NCBI GenBank assembly: GCA_047947115.1
Contig: CP170459.1
Coordinates: forward strand, 2,880,001 to 2,944,000
DNA from: Verrucomicrobiota bacterium
GTDB lineage: Bacteria > Verrucomicrobiota > Verrucomicrobiia > Limisphaerales > AAA164-E04
Reading direction: 5' to 3'
DNA: 64,000 nt
The notes beneath the pieces were generated by a model. It was given only the letters and a program-made list of their open reading frames with translations. It did not search any database and was not told the DNA's origin. The position numbers and the translations under genes were made by a program. Within the stretch, counting starts at the first letter, position 1; the number at the start of each line of letters is the position of its first letter. Below, piece by piece: positions 21,351 through 31,781 of the stretch.

Positions 21351-21483
21351 ACAAGATAACAACTTAGCAGGATAATTGCCGTTTTTCAAAAATAAGAATC
21401 ATATTTCTTCGTTAACATGTAAGCGGAATCACACTGATGTTGAATTGTTTCGAAATTTATTCCTTAACGTTACAATTTGACGC

Positions 21484-21518
21484 AAAGAAAAGCCCGGATT
21501 CAACGGAATCTGGGCTTT
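21484..21518 (-). terminator. Rho-independent terminator after the Gfo/Idh/MocA gene
   Basis: Minus strand AAAGCCCAGATTC-CGTT-GAATCCGGGCTTT hairpin followed by a T-rich tail. Confidence 0.72.
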
Positions 21519-21568
21519 ACATGTCCAAAGGTAGGCTGATACAGCCGTTCGTTTGCGATTATTTCTGC

Positions 21569-22915
21569 TTATGCAAATGGATGCTCCCAAGGGGCTCGAT
21601 ATACGCGTGCCAGACGCTTGTTCGCTTCCGCATCGTTGAGAATGGTTCCGGTTTTCGGATCCCATTTCAATTGTCTGCCCAGTTCCATGGACAGATTGGC
21701 CAGTATACAGGCCGTTGTGGAAATGTAACCTTGTTCAATATCCGCGACAGGTTTGCCGCGTGTGGCAATGGCGTTGAGGAAGTCCAGCATGTGACCGCGC
21801 ACCGCCGGTGCGACATGGCGTTCGAGATCTTTCTCGGTTCGATCTTCCGGGTATTCATCCAACTCCATGACTACATTCTGATGAACAGGTGATGCACCGC
21901 GTGCACTCGGAATGAAATCGTAGCTGTTTACGCTCATTTTCAGCGTTCCCTTGTCGCCATACAGGAAAGCTGCCCAAGGATAAGCCGGGTCTGGTGCATG
22001 TCCCCAGGTGCGGTGTTGCCAGACGACCTGGAGATCCTTGAAATCAAACGTTGCGGTCTGGGTGTCCGAGATGTTGGCTTTTGCCTGTTTGCCCACAAGA
22101 ATGCCGCCGGATGAATTCACCGTCTCGGGCCAACCTAGATCGAGCATCCAGCGGACCGTATCCAACATGTGGATACACATATCTCCGATGATGCCGTTGC
22201 CGTATTCCATGAACGACCTCCAACCGCGCTGGTGCACGATGTTGTTGTAGGGACGCATCGGGGCGGGTCCCGTCCACATTTCGTAATCCAGGTTGGCCGG
22301 CGGCGCCATGTCGGGAGGGTTGGAACCGTTGCGCATATGATAATAGCAACAGATCTCGGCATGGGCGATGTTGCCCAGCATGCCGGTGTCGACAAATTTT
22401 TTCTTTGCCTCGATCAAATGGGGCGTGCTGCGGCGTTGTGTTCCCACCTGCACCACTCGACCATACTGTCTTGCGGCTTTGAGCATGGCCTGACCTTCGC
22501 GAACATCGACGCTGATGGGTTTCTGGACATAGACATCCGCTCCGGCTTTGACGGCTTCAATCATGTTGAGCGCATGCCAATGATCCGGAGTTCCGATCAG
22601 GACAATGTCGAGATCCTTCTCCGCCAGCATCTCCCGATAATCGGCAAAGAGTCGTGGCTTTTTACCGGATTTTTGGCGCTCGGCAACAATGTCCGCAGCG
22701 CCCGCCAACAGATCTTTGTCCACGTCACACAAGGATACCACTTCAACCGGCGCTACCTGAATCAGGCGCAACAGGTCGACTTTTCCGTACCATCCGGTGC
22801 CAATGAGGCCGACTCGTTTGGGTTTTCCGTTGACGAGTTCCGCCAACGCATCCTGGTTGAGCGCAGTGGCTGCGAGCCCAGCGCTTCCTGTTTTGATAAA
22901 TTCTCGTCGATTCAT
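21569..22915 (-). CDS. Tat-exported Gfo/Idh/MocA family oxidoreductase
   Basis: MNRREFIK Tat motif, GLIGTGWYG, TPDHWH, YVQKP, GTQRRS, DMCIH. Confidence 0.93.
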   Translation of the reverse strand: MNRREFIKTGSAGLAATALNQDALAELVNGKPKRVGLIGTGWYGKVDLLRLIQVAPVEVVSLCDVDKDLLAGAADIVAERQKSGKKPRLFADYREMLAEKDLDIVLIGTPDHWHALNMIEAVKAGADVYVQKPISVDVREGQAMLKAARQYGRVVQVGTQRRSTPHLIEAKKKFVDTGMLGNIAHAEICCYYHMRNGSNPPDMAPPANLDYEMWTGPAPMRPYNNIVHQRGWRSFMEYGNGIIGDMCIHMLDTVRWMLDLGWPETVNSSGGILVGKQAKANISDTQTATFDFKDLQVVWQHRTWGHAPDPAYPWAAFLYGDKGTLKMSVNSYDFIPSARGASPVHQNVVMELDEYPEDRTEKDLERHVAPAVRGHMLDFLNAIATRGKPVADIEQGYISTTACILANLSMELGRQLKWDPKTGTILNDAEANKRLARVYRAPWEHPFA

Positions 22916-23107
22916 ATGTATCTCCTGAAATTGACCTGGTTTTGAAACACAAGTAGCCTGTGTTGGCTGTATCCAATCCGGATCCTTTGAAAGATCCAAT
23001 TATCTCTGCATCCATAAGAATTGTCCAACTCAGAATGGAATGAATGAATTTATCCAAGCATATCACTTGATGTTCCTTGAATCCGCAGGCATCTATTCCT
23101 ACCTGTC

Positions 23108-24958
23108 ATGACCGAACACATTCTGGCCCAAATCACTTCGATCCTCTTTCTGGGGATCGGTTCCCAATGGGTGGCTTGGCGAATGCGTCTGCCCTCCATC
23201 CTCATGTTGCTGGTTGCCGGATTCGTGGCGGGACCGGTGACGCATCATCAGTGGATCGATCCTGATGCCATGTTTGGAGATGTGTTGATGCCGTTTGTTT
23301 CGGTGAGTGTGGGATTGATCATGTTTGAAGGAGGCTTGACCCTGAAATTTCGCGAGCTGGATGACATCGGTCCCGTGGTGTTGCGTTTGGTCAGTCTGGG
23401 GGCTGCTGTCACCTGGGGGATGACCATTCTGCTGGCGCGTTTGTGTCTTGGCTGGGATTGGGCCTTGTGTGCTTTGCTGGGGGCAATTCTGGTTGTGACC
23501 GGTCCGACGGTGATCATGCCCTTGCTGCGTTTTCTACAGCCGAATCGTCAGGTGGCTTCGGCTCTCAAGTGGGAAGGCATCATGATTGATCCCGTCGGAG
23601 CCTTGCTCGCGTTGCTGGTCTTTGAATCCATTCATCATGGGATGGGGGAGCATGGTGTAACGTGGCACCACTTCCCGTTGGCGGCGGCCTGGGGTTTTGG
23701 TAAGACATTGCTGGCTGGGGGGCTGACCGGCGGGGTGGGAGCGCTTTGGATTTATCATTTCTACAAACGACATTGGGTGCCGGAATACCTCCAGAGTCCC
23801 TTTGCCTTGATGGTGGCAGTGTTGGCTTTTGCCGGCGCCAACTTTTTTCAGCATGAAGCGGGATTGCTCGCCACAACGGTCATGGGTTTGATCCTCGCGA
23901 ATCAGAAGCACGTTGACATTCGGCACATATTGGAATTCAAGGAAAATCTGAGAGTGCTCCTGATATCCGTCTTGTTCATCGTTCTTTCGGCGCGCTTGCA
24001 CCTTGAGGATTTTTCCGCTTTGCCTCTGGGGGGCGTGCTGTTGTTTTTGCTGGGACTTCTCCTGGTTGTTCGGCCAGCCACCGTTTGGTTGTCCTGTGCC
24101 GGTTCCAGCCTCAAAACGAGTGAGCGTTGGTTTCTATCATGGATGGCTCCGCGTGGGATCGTGGCTGCGGCGGTGGCTTCCGTGTTTTCCATGCGCCTGG
24201 TGGAGGATGGTATGGCGGGGGCTGAACTGCTGACTCCGGTCATTTTCGTGGTAATCGTCGGAACGGTGCTTGTATATGGTTTGACTGCCCCTGCGGTTGC
24301 AAGGCGTTTGAATGTATCCAGTCCCGATCCGCAGGGAGTGTTGATCGCCGGTGCCCATGATTTGGGCCGGGGACTGGGGATGGCGCTTCAGAAGGAAGGA
24401 TTCAAGGTGCTGATGGTGGACAACAATCGCCAACACATCAATCAGGCACGCATGGATGGATTGCCGGTTCACTACGGCAGTATTTTGTCGGAGGACGCCT
24501 TTGATGAGTTGGATCTGGCGGGGATTGGTCGGTTTATTGCATTGACTCCCAACCATCGTGTCAATTCGCTCGCAGCCATCCATTTTTCTGAAATGTTTGG
24601 TCGGACGGGAGTTTTTCAACTGCCGGATCATCCAGGGAAATCACAGCGCACCGAAAGTTTTTCCGAGGGGCTTCAGGGGCGAACCCTGTTCAGCAAGGAA
24701 ACCACTTACGAATGGTTTAACGAACGGCTCGGGGCGGGTTACGTGATCAAACGAACGGCCATGACGGAGAATTTCGATTTCGAAGATTTTCGATCAGAGT
24801 ATCAATCCGATGTCTGTCCGATGTTTTTGGTCACTGAAAACAAGAAACTTCACATCATCACAACGGGCCAAGCCATCAAGCCGGGCAAAGGGCAAGTTTT
24901 GATCAGTCTGGTACCGGTGCTGAGTGATAAACAGCCTTCGAAGATCGATCAGGAATAG
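23108..24958 (+). CDS. CPA1/NhaP-type cation:proton antiporter with a C-terminal TrkA-N-like domain
   Basis: LIMFEGGL, VTGPTV, EGIMIDP, APRGIVAAA, followed by a soluble Rossmann-like domain. Confidence 0.9.
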   Translation: MTEHILAQITSILFLGIGSQWVAWRMRLPSILMLLVAGFVAGPVTHHQWIDPDAMFGDVLMPFVSVSVGLIMFEGGLTLKFRELDDIGPVVLRLVSLGAAVTWGMTILLARLCLGWDWALCALLGAILVVTGPTVIMPLLRFLQPNRQVASALKWEGIMIDPVGALLALLVFESIHHGMGEHGVTWHHFPLAAAWGFGKTLLAGGLTGGVGALWIYHFYKRHWVPEYLQSPFALMVAVLAFAGANFFQHEAGLLATTVMGLILANQKHVDIRHILEFKENLRVLLISVLFIVLSARLHLEDFSALPLGGVLLFLLGLLLVVRPATVWLSCAGSSLKTSERWFLSWMAPRGIVAAAVASVFSMRLVEDGMAGAELLTPVIFVVIVGTVLVYGLTAPAVARRLNVSSPDPQGVLIAGAHDLGRGLGMALQKEGFKVLMVDNNRQHINQARMDGLPVHYGSILSEDAFDELDLAGIGRFIALTPNHRVNSLAAIHFSEMFGRTGVFQLPDHPGKSQRTESFSEGLQGRTLFSKETTYEWFNERLGAGYVIKRTAMTENFDFEDFRSEYQSDVCPMFLVTENKKLHIITTGQAIKPGKGQVLISLVPVLSDKQPSKIDQE

Positions 24959-25632
24959 TTCAGCGCCTTCGTCAGCAATTTTTTATTTTTGGCAACGTGG
25001 TGTTGGACGGATGATGTTGATTTTGCATTGCTGCCAAGGTATGGGAGTTCCAGGACGGTACACTCATTGATCCAGGATCTGAGAAGTTTGGCGTTGGATT
25101 TTACGGAAAGATCCGTGTTTTTTCTTCCCATCAAAACCACATGGATGTTTTTGGTAGGCATGAACGATTGCAGGTAGGTGACGTTCAGCAAGACCTGATT
25201 GAGGACGCCCAATTTGTTTGGTGCAGTTAAAACGACATGGGGTCGGAGTGCTTCGGTCACATGACCCAGATGATAATCCGCCCCCAAGGGGGACATCAGC
25301 CCGCCTGCGCCTTCGACCAACAATAAGTCACACTGTTTGCGGGTTTCCTGTATGTGTTCCATGAGTGCCTGTTTGGAAACCTGAATCTTTTCAGGCATGG
25401 CTCCCGGGGCCAGAGGCGGTTCAAAATACCAGGGGTTGATTTCCTGCAACGGTAGGTCCCGGTGGCTGTGAGTTCGGATATGACGTGCATCGGACCTGGA
25501 GCCGGAACAAAACGGTTTGAGGCCCAATGCCTCAACCCCGAGTGATCGAAGGTGGGACAATGCCATGCAGGTGAACAAAGTCTTGCCTGCTCCCGTATCG
25601 GTGCCTGTGATGAATATCAGTTTTCCTTGCAT
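24949..25632 (-). CDS. bioD: Dethiobiotin synthase
   Basis: ITGTDTGAGKT P-loop, KPFCSG, VEGAGG, LGVLN. Confidence 0.93.
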   Translation of the reverse strand: MQGKLIFITGTDTGAGKTLFTCMALSHLRSLGVEALGLKPFCSGSRSDARHIRTHSHRDLPLQEINPWYFEPPLAPGAMPEKIQVSKQALMEHIQETRKQCDLLLVEGAGGLMSPLGADYHLGHVTEALRPHVVLTAPNKLGVLNQVLLNVTYLQSFMPTKNIHVVLMGRKNTDLSVKSNAKLLRSWINECTVLELPYLGSNAKSTSSVQHHVAKNKKLLTKALNYS

Positions 25633-25639
25633 GAGGTGG

Positions 25640-26728
25640 CTAGTCCCATCGCATGTTGAGCACGGCGAATTGATTTCTTCCCATTCGAATGATCAGGGCC
25701 CGAAAGACGCGTGTGTATTGATCGATGTGCGCTTCGACGAAAACCTCGAAGGTGTTGCTGCGGTTGGTGACGTAGCGTTGCAGTGATTGTAACACATCTG
25801 GAGTGATGCTGGGGACCATGGATAGTTCCTGTATTCGAGTGAACGGAATGTCGTCTTCCGTTCCATCCATACCGTCGAACCCCGCGCGCGTCATCACAAT
25901 GTCAAACGCCATGTTTTCATCCATTCCAGGAATTAATTGCAGCACTTCGGCCGATGCCGTGTTGATATTCACCTGCGCCCCGCCAATGGTTGTGAAAATG
26001 TCGACCAATCCAAAGGAACCTGCTCCCATACCCGTAGGCATGCCCAAGGGACCCACTGCAGGGCTGGCAGCTCCCAATCCAAAGTAAATTTCGGGAGTGA
26101 TGCCTCGGATGAACAACAATTCGGAAAGGTCATCAATGGGACCGTTCTTCACCAGATAGGGGGGGAATGGGGGATTTGGTTCGGTCAAATAATCCTCTTC
26201 ATCGGCTCCGTTGAGACGAACTGCGACATCCGCGTCCACCCAGTCCATCAGTGAATCCATGATCACGGCCGATTGGAACGAATCGACTCCCATATAAAGG
26301 AGCGCCTGTGCCATGATCGTGGGGCCATGCACATTGATGTTGAACCGTCTTTCAAGATCTTCGATGCGGACATTGATGATGCCGTCTCCCAAGGGAACTC
26401 CTTCCAGTGAAATGGCCGATAACACATCATTGGTACCAAAGGGGCCGCCCGCCCACATCTGGTTCAGTGCGTCAAACTGGTTCTCGATGGGGATGTTCAT
26501 CTTTTCGGCCAATACATATTTGGCAAGTTCCACTCCGGAACGTCCCATCCATTCCATGTCAGGATCCCGTGTTGTGTTCATGGCCAGACGAGTTTCGATC
26601 TTCATCGAAAAACTGAAATGCGCCGCCATGATTCCCAGCGCCAGCACCACCACCATGACCATCACCAGGGCGATACCTGATTGCCGGGCATGACGCATTG
26701 ATTCATGGTTGGATGTGGTGATGAACAT
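25640..26728 (-). CDS. gspK: Type II secretion minor pseudopilin GspK-like
   Basis: SGIALVMV class III signal without E5, DLERRFNIN, DWVDAD, ELLFIRG, VNINTA. Confidence 0.85.
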   Translation of the reverse strand: MFITTSNHESMRHARQSGIALVMVMVVVLALGIMAAHFSFSMKIETRLAMNTTRDPDMEWMGRSGVELAKYVLAEKMNIPIENQFDALNQMWAGGPFGTNDVLSAISLEGVPLGDGIINVRIEDLERRFNINVHGPTIMAQALLYMGVDSFQSAVIMDSLMDWVDADVAVRLNGADEEDYLTEPNPPFPPYLVKNGPIDDLSELLFIRGITPEIYFGLGAASPAVGPLGMPTGMGAGSFGLVDIFTTIGGAQVNINTASAEVLQLIPGMDENMAFDIVMTRAGFDGMDGTEDDIPFTRIQELSMVPSITPDVLQSLQRYVTNRSNTFEVFVEAHIDQYTRVFRALIIRMGRNQFAVLNMRWD

Positions 26729-26744
26729 GATGTTTCTAACAAAC

Positions 26745-27548
26745 TTATTGTTGAATCGGGACGGCTTGGATGGGTTGATTGATTGGAGCGCCGCCAACCG
26801 GACCGGTGGGCCGTTGGAAATTGGCGCCCACGGTTTGGGAAGGAATCTGCACGATGCGTTTGATGAGTCGGTTTTCATCGACTTTGCCGCTTTCAGGCGA
26901 AACAAAACCAAGGGAAAAACGCATCATGGCTGGCAATTGGTTGGTATAGATCCATTCCGGCAGCCACTCACCCGTTCTGACATCCAGAAATTCCAATGTG
27001 AACTGCCCCACATTTTTTGCCAACACCATGGGATAAGGTTCTTTCCCGTTTTCAAGGGGGGCCAGGATGGGGTTTTGTCGCATGATGAGCTGGTGGACAT
27101 TGTTGGTGGGTTCCACGCTGAATGTCACACGTCGAACGGGTTGATCGTAGAACAGACCGCTTCCCGGAAACGACGACGGCAGTCGGGACACCAAACTGAA
27201 CGCAGCGTAGTTTTCAGTGGTGTCCGTCAGAAATGCGTAGTATGGGAGATTTGCTTCGTAGATGACGGCAGAGGTCATTGCATCGGTCAAGGCACGGACG
27301 GATACGCGATTGCGGTGCGCTTCCACTGCTGCCGTGATTCCGATCTGGGAGCTTTGCACAATGGCCTGCCAGGATGCAAAAATTGCCACCATCAAACCTC
27401 CCAACACACCAATCGCGACCATGATTTCAATCAGTGTGAAGGCGCCCAGACGTGGTGCTTTTTTCAAACCCTGCAGATCAGTCGTCTGAGGTGTTGCGGA
27501 TTTGTTGAAGGGGACTTGCAGCCCTATGTTTCTTGGTGGGATGTTCAT
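26745..27548 (-). CDS. Prepilin-type pseudopilin, GspJ-like
   Basis: GAFTLIEIMVAI N-methyl motif, W..TNQLP..M C-terminus, and position between I and K. Confidence 0.78.
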   Translation of the reverse strand: MNIPPRNIGLQVPFNKSATPQTTDLQGLKKAPRLGAFTLIEIMVAIGVLGGLMVAIFASWQAIVQSSQIGITAAVEAHRNRVSVRALTDAMTSAVIYEANLPYYAFLTDTTENYAAFSLVSRLPSSFPGSGLFYDQPVRRVTFSVEPTNNVHQLIMRQNPILAPLENGKEPYPMVLAKNVGQFTLEFLDVRTGEWLPEWIYTNQLPAMMRFSLGFVSPESGKVDENRLIKRIVQIPSQTVGANFQRPTGPVGGAPINQPIQAVPIQQ

Positions 27549-27979
27549 CGTGGCAATACTCCTCTTTGAACTCCCATGTTGGGACGCCAGAGCAGGATGC
27601 TGTTGCGGGACTGGCGCATGCTGTTCTCGGACATCCAGTGAATATTGTAATCGACGCGGAACAATCCATTTGTGGCGACCTCATCAATAAACCCGTCCAC
27701 CGTCACGCCCGGATGCGCATCTTCATAAGCAATTTTGACATCAATGGGCAGTGGTCCTATCTCCAGAAAATTGGTCATTGACAGCAGGGACGGAAGGCTG
27801 GTGCGATCCACATCCAGTGTCTGCAGGATGCGGGCGGTGCGCAGGTGCTGACTGGTCAGTTCCAGAATCGCAAACACCGAAGTGAAGAAGATCGCAATGG
27901 CGATCATGACTTCCAACAGGCTGAATGCTTCCTTGAAGCAGGAAGAACCGTTTTTCTGGTTGGTGAGGGTGATCTTCAT
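27545..27979 (-). CDS. Prepilin-type pseudopilin, GspI-like
   Basis: AFSLLEVMIAIAI, short length, operon position. Confidence 0.75.
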   Translation of the reverse strand: MKITLTNQKNGSSCFKEAFSLLEVMIAIAIFFTSVFAILELTSQHLRTARILQTLDVDRTSLPSLLSMTNFLEIGPLPIDVKIAYEDAHPGVTVDGFIDEVATNGLFRVDYNIHWMSENSMRQSRNSILLWRPNMGVQRGVLPR

Positions 27980-27991
27980 TGGATTAAAGGA

Positions 27992-28597
27992 TTAATAATC
28001 CATGTACTTTGGATCCGATAAACTGGGAAGCCCGGTGATGGGATCAAGCATGATGATGCGGCGGTCCTCATTCAGCAGGACCGTCACCATGAACTCATCA
28101 GAAGTCCCATTGGGGTAAAAGCGAATTCGAGCTTCTCCGGCTCCTCCATCAATCAGATCCACAAAATTAACCCAAATTTCCTCCAAAGCGATGTTGTAAT
28201 CCAGAGTGCGTCGGAATCCGTCCAGTTCTTCAAAATGAGTCCTGGACTTGCGGGAGTTGTTGCCGGAAATGGGGTCTGGATTGAGCATGTCCTCGGGCAG
28301 ACCGGGATTCTCAGGTCCAAGCAGCCGAGGATTGACCGCCTGGCGCACGTACAGGGCGTAGGAATCGTTGTCGGTGTTGATGACCAGTTCCGCCACCGTC
28401 CCTTTCAGGATGGCCAGGGCTCGGGCTTGTTTACATCCGTCCATGATATCCATGGTCGCTTTGGCGATGCCGTGTTTTTCCAGCGCGCGCAGCATATTGG
28501 GAACACCCCAGCCAAGCATCAGCAAGACAATGCCGGTGACCAGCATCACTTCGATGAGGGTAAAAGCATGTTGCTTGCTGTGGTGTTTGAGCTTCAT
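27992..28597 (-). CDS. Prepilin-type pseudopilin, GspH/FimT-like
   Basis: AFTLIEVML, ARALA, IRFYPNG, DPITG. Confidence 0.78.
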   Translation of the reverse strand: MKLKHHSKQHAFTLIEVMLVTGIVLLMLGWGVPNMLRALEKHGIAKATMDIMDGCKQARALAILKGTVAELVINTDNDSYALYVRQAVNPRLLGPENPGLPEDMLNPDPISGNNSRKSRTHFEELDGFRRTLDYNIALEEIWVNFVDLIDGGAGEARIRFYPNGTSDEFMVTVLLNEDRRIIMLDPITGLPSLSDPKYMDY

Positions 28598-29886
28598 CGG
28601 CTGCCAATGGAGGAGGTGATCTGGAACATGGCGGAAAGGATGCTGAACAGCAATCCTCCGACCCCGATCGCCATCAGGATGATCATGGCCGGTTCGACCA
28701 GATTTGTCATGACACGCAAGGCGATGGTCAGTTCGTTTTCATACGTTTCCGCCACGCTTTGCAGGGAGCCGGGAACGTCGCCGGTTTCCTCACCAATTTT
28801 GATCAGGTCGATCATCAATTGAGGAAACACCTTGCTGCGGGCCAGTGGCTGGGAAATGGTTTTACCGTCAGTCACATCCTCGCGCGTTTTGGCGATTGCT
28901 TCTGCCAGGACCACGTTCGGAATGACTTTTTCCGTGATTTTCAAAGCTGTCAGGACGGGGACGCCGTTTTTCAACAGCGTCGCCAGAGTGCGGGCGAACT
29001 GGCTGAACAAGTTCAATTTAAATACCTTACCAATGACTGGAAGTGTCAGTTTCCAACGGTCGATGGCTTGCCGGCCTGACGGGTTTGAGCGGAATCGTTG
29101 GTAAAAGATCATGAACACCACCAACACCAACGGAGCCAGCCACCAGTAGGTCGCGGAAATCCGACTGATCGTGATCAAAGCCTGCGTTGAGGCGGGCAGG
29201 GGAACTTTCATGTCGGTGAAAATCTGCGTGAATTTCGGAAGGATCACCGTCATGAACAACGCGATGATCCCCACGCCCACCGAGCCCACGATAACCGGAT
29301 AGATCAAGGCCGAGACAAACTTTTGCCGCACTTCAGCAAATCGTTCGAAATGATCCGCCAGTCGTTGCAGAACCTCTTCCAGAGCGCCGCTTTGTTCCCC
29401 GGCACGGATCATGTTGATGTAGAGGTCGGTAAAGATATGGGGCTGCTTGGCCATGGCGTCGGAAAGGCCTTTTCCTTCCATGACGTCCTGACGCAATTGT
29501 TGGCTGACTTCCTGCGGAATGCCTTTGGATTCCAGATGGCTCATGCTGTTGAGCGCTACGGTCAGGGGCATGCCGGAATGGAGGAGATTGGCCAATTGCT
29601 GGGTATATGTTGCAAGTTCCTGTAGTTTTGGTTTGCGTTTGCGGCTGAATATCTCGCGCAGGATCGGGGGAGCGGAACCTTCGTTGGCGGCCGCTGTAGC
29701 GCGACCACGTGGCGAACGCACCTGTTTTGCTGCTTTGGCGCCCTTGCCCTTCACGGCGTCCAACGCTATGGGCAACAAGCCTTCACGCTCGATCTGCGAC
29801 AAGGCCGCCGACCGATCCGGGACATCAATCACTCCCTGAACCAGTTCGCCGCTTCGCTTGCGCGCTTTGTAGGAAAATTGTGGCAT
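28594..29886 (-). CDS. gspF: Type II secretion F family inner-membrane platform protein (GspF/PilC)
   Basis: Two T2SSF repeats: L..LLHSGMPL, AGEQSGAL, ALIYP, IGEETG, LVEP. Confidence 0.93.
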   Translation of the reverse strand: MPQFSYKARKRSGELVQGVIDVPDRSAALSQIEREGLLPIALDAVKGKGAKAAKQVRSPRGRATAAANEGSAPPILREIFSRKRKPKLQELATYTQQLANLLHSGMPLTVALNSMSHLESKGIPQEVSQQLRQDVMEGKGLSDAMAKQPHIFTDLYINMIRAGEQSGALEEVLQRLADHFERFAEVRQKFVSALIYPVIVGSVGVGIIALFMTVILPKFTQIFTDMKVPLPASTQALITISRISATYWWLAPLVLVVFMIFYQRFRSNPSGRQAIDRWKLTLPVIGKVFKLNLFSQFARTLATLLKNGVPVLTALKITEKVIPNVVLAEAIAKTREDVTDGKTISQPLARSKVFPQLMIDLIKIGEETGDVPGSLQSVAETYENELTIALRVMTNLVEPAMIILMAIGVGGLLFSILSAMFQITSSIGSR

Positions 29887-30019
29887 AAACCTTTAATCTA
29901 ATGAACACGCGACGCATGCAAAGTTGCGCCCGAGCCCACTTTAAGCCGGCCAGCAGGCAGGTCAAGATGTTCCAAGTGCTTCAAATCGTGACTTGCACCA
30001 CAACAGCCCGACCTTTTTC

Positions 30020-31408
30020 TCACTTGCCGAGGCAGAATTGGCTGAAGATGGAGTCCAGAAGATCTTCAGTGGTGGTTTCTCCAACAATTTCCCCAATGGC
30101 CCCGACCGCAATGCGCAGGTCCATCGCTATGAGTTCCAGCTCCAAATCGTTTTCCAGTCCGGTCCGGACGGTTTCAAGTGCCGTCTTGGATCGGCTGAGC
30201 GCGTCCTGATGTCGGCTGTTGATCATCACCTCCAACATCTCAGCCGATATTTCTCCGGACCATACCATGTCTCGAATGGCGTCTTTGAGGGGCTCCAGTC
30301 CGGCCCCGGTTTCACAGGAAACCTCAATCCAGGCATGTTTTTTTTCTTCACGGAGTGAGGGGTGGCTTTCCAGATCCGATTTATTAAGGATGTGAAGGCA
30401 GGCTTTCAGATGCTGCTTGTCCAGAAAGGCCAGGTCCTCTTCATGCAATGCGGCAATACCGTCCACAACGTGGAGTACGAGTTCGGCCTGCTCGATGCTT
30501 TTTCGGCTGCGACGGATACCTTCCTGTTCGATCACATCACTGGATTCGCGCAGACCTGCCGTATCAATAAAAATAATCGGTATCCCTCGAATGCTGGCGG
30601 TTTCTTCAATGGTGTCTCGAGTGGTGCCTTCGACATGGGACACGATTGCTCGATCGTGCCCGAGGAGCTGGTTCAGCAGGCTGGATTTACCGGCGTTGGG
30701 CCGGCCCACGATGGCTGCCCGGATGCCCCGTCTCAGGATGCGCCCCTCACGGGCGGTTGCCAACAGACGTGACATGAAATCCAGTGAGAACTGGAGTCGA
30801 TCCACCATTTGAGTGCGTGTATCCGGCGAAATATCTTCATCGGGAAAGTCGATGTGTGCCTCAATGTGAGCAAGCAGGGACATCAACTGGTTGCGCAGTT
30901 CCCTGATTCGTTGACTTAATTTACCTGCGAGTTGTTCGTTGGCGGCGGTGAGGGCGAGTTCGGTGCGGGAATGGATCACATCCGCGACCGCTTCGGCTTG
31001 GGTCAGGTCGATGCGACCGTTCAGAAAGGCTCTGAGGGTGAATTCACCCGGTTCCGCCAGTCGCGCTCCCTTTTCAAGGAGTGTATCCAGAACCATCTTT
31101 GCCGGCAGAGTGCCTCCGTGTGTGGATATTTCCACCACGTCTTCACGTGTAAACGTGCGAGGCGCCTTGAAAACACTGACCATGACTTCGTCCACGGTTT
31201 TGCCATCCTGTTCAATTCTTCCGTATTGGATGGTGTGTGTGGAGGCCAGTGATGGCTTGAGGGATGACTTGCCGATGGGGGCGAACACGGCATCCACGAT
31301 GTGCAAGGCTTGTTTTCCTGATACACGGATGACCGCCAACCCTGCTTCACCCATGGGGGTGGCGATGGCGGCGATGGTGTCGTTGATCGTCTGATGGGGG
31401 CGGTCCAT
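30020..31408 (-). CDS. mnmE: tRNA modification GTPase MnmE
   Basis: DTIAAIATP, GEFTLRAFLNG, GRPNAGKSS, GTTRD, DTAG, C-terminal FCLGK. Confidence 0.98.
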   Translation of the reverse strand: MDRPHQTINDTIAAIATPMGEAGLAVIRVSGKQALHIVDAVFAPIGKSSLKPSLASTHTIQYGRIEQDGKTVDEVMVSVFKAPRTFTREDVVEISTHGGTLPAKMVLDTLLEKGARLAEPGEFTLRAFLNGRIDLTQAEAVADVIHSRTELALTAANEQLAGKLSQRIRELRNQLMSLLAHIEAHIDFPDEDISPDTRTQMVDRLQFSLDFMSRLLATAREGRILRRGIRAAIVGRPNAGKSSLLNQLLGHDRAIVSHVEGTTRDTIEETASIRGIPIIFIDTAGLRESSDVIEQEGIRRSRKSIEQAELVLHVVDGIAALHEEDLAFLDKQHLKACLHILNKSDLESHPSLREEKKHAWIEVSCETGAGLEPLKDAIRDMVWSGEISAEMLEVMINSRHQDALSRSKTALETVRTGLENDLELELIAMDLRIAVGAIGEIVGETTTEDLLDSIFSQFCLGK

Positions 31409-31423
31409 ATGGAAACGAAGGAA

Positions 31424-31684
31424 TTAGTGCCGATGTCCGTGGCAGTTTCCTTGTGCGTTCTCCGCATCGCGTCCCATCAGGAACAATCGGGCTTTTTCGT
31501 AACTTTTTTTGTGCAGGTAGTGGAGCAGGGATGGATCGGTGTCACGTGGAAGCATGGCGGTTTGCTGATCGATTTTTTCGAAAATGCCCATCAGGTTTGG
31601 TTGCCCCTGTTTCGATGCCAGTTGGGCCACGGCCTCTTCGAGTTCGTTCAGGCTTTCCAGAATGTCGGTTTCCAATGTCGTCAT
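31424..31684 (-). CDS. Small helical hypothetical protein
   Basis: 86 aa ORF (MTTLETDILES...LLHYLHKKSYEKAR) that fills the gap before mnmE in the same orientation. Confidence 0.7.
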   Translation of the reverse strand: MTTLETDILESLNELEEAVAQLASKQGQPNLMGIFEKIDQQTAMLPRDTDPSLLHYLHKKSYEKARLFLMGRDAENAQGNCHGHRH

Positions 31685-31781
31685 GATGGTTAATGGTATT
31701 CCTTCAATACCCGGATTAATCAATGGCGAAATGTGTCCTTTTTGTGTCCATCTTGGATGAAATTCCTGGTAGCTTGCGCTC

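Noticed and set aside
26709..27569. 286-aa plus-strand ORF opposite the gspJ-like gene
   Set aside because: Antisense shadow within a coherent minus-strand operon.
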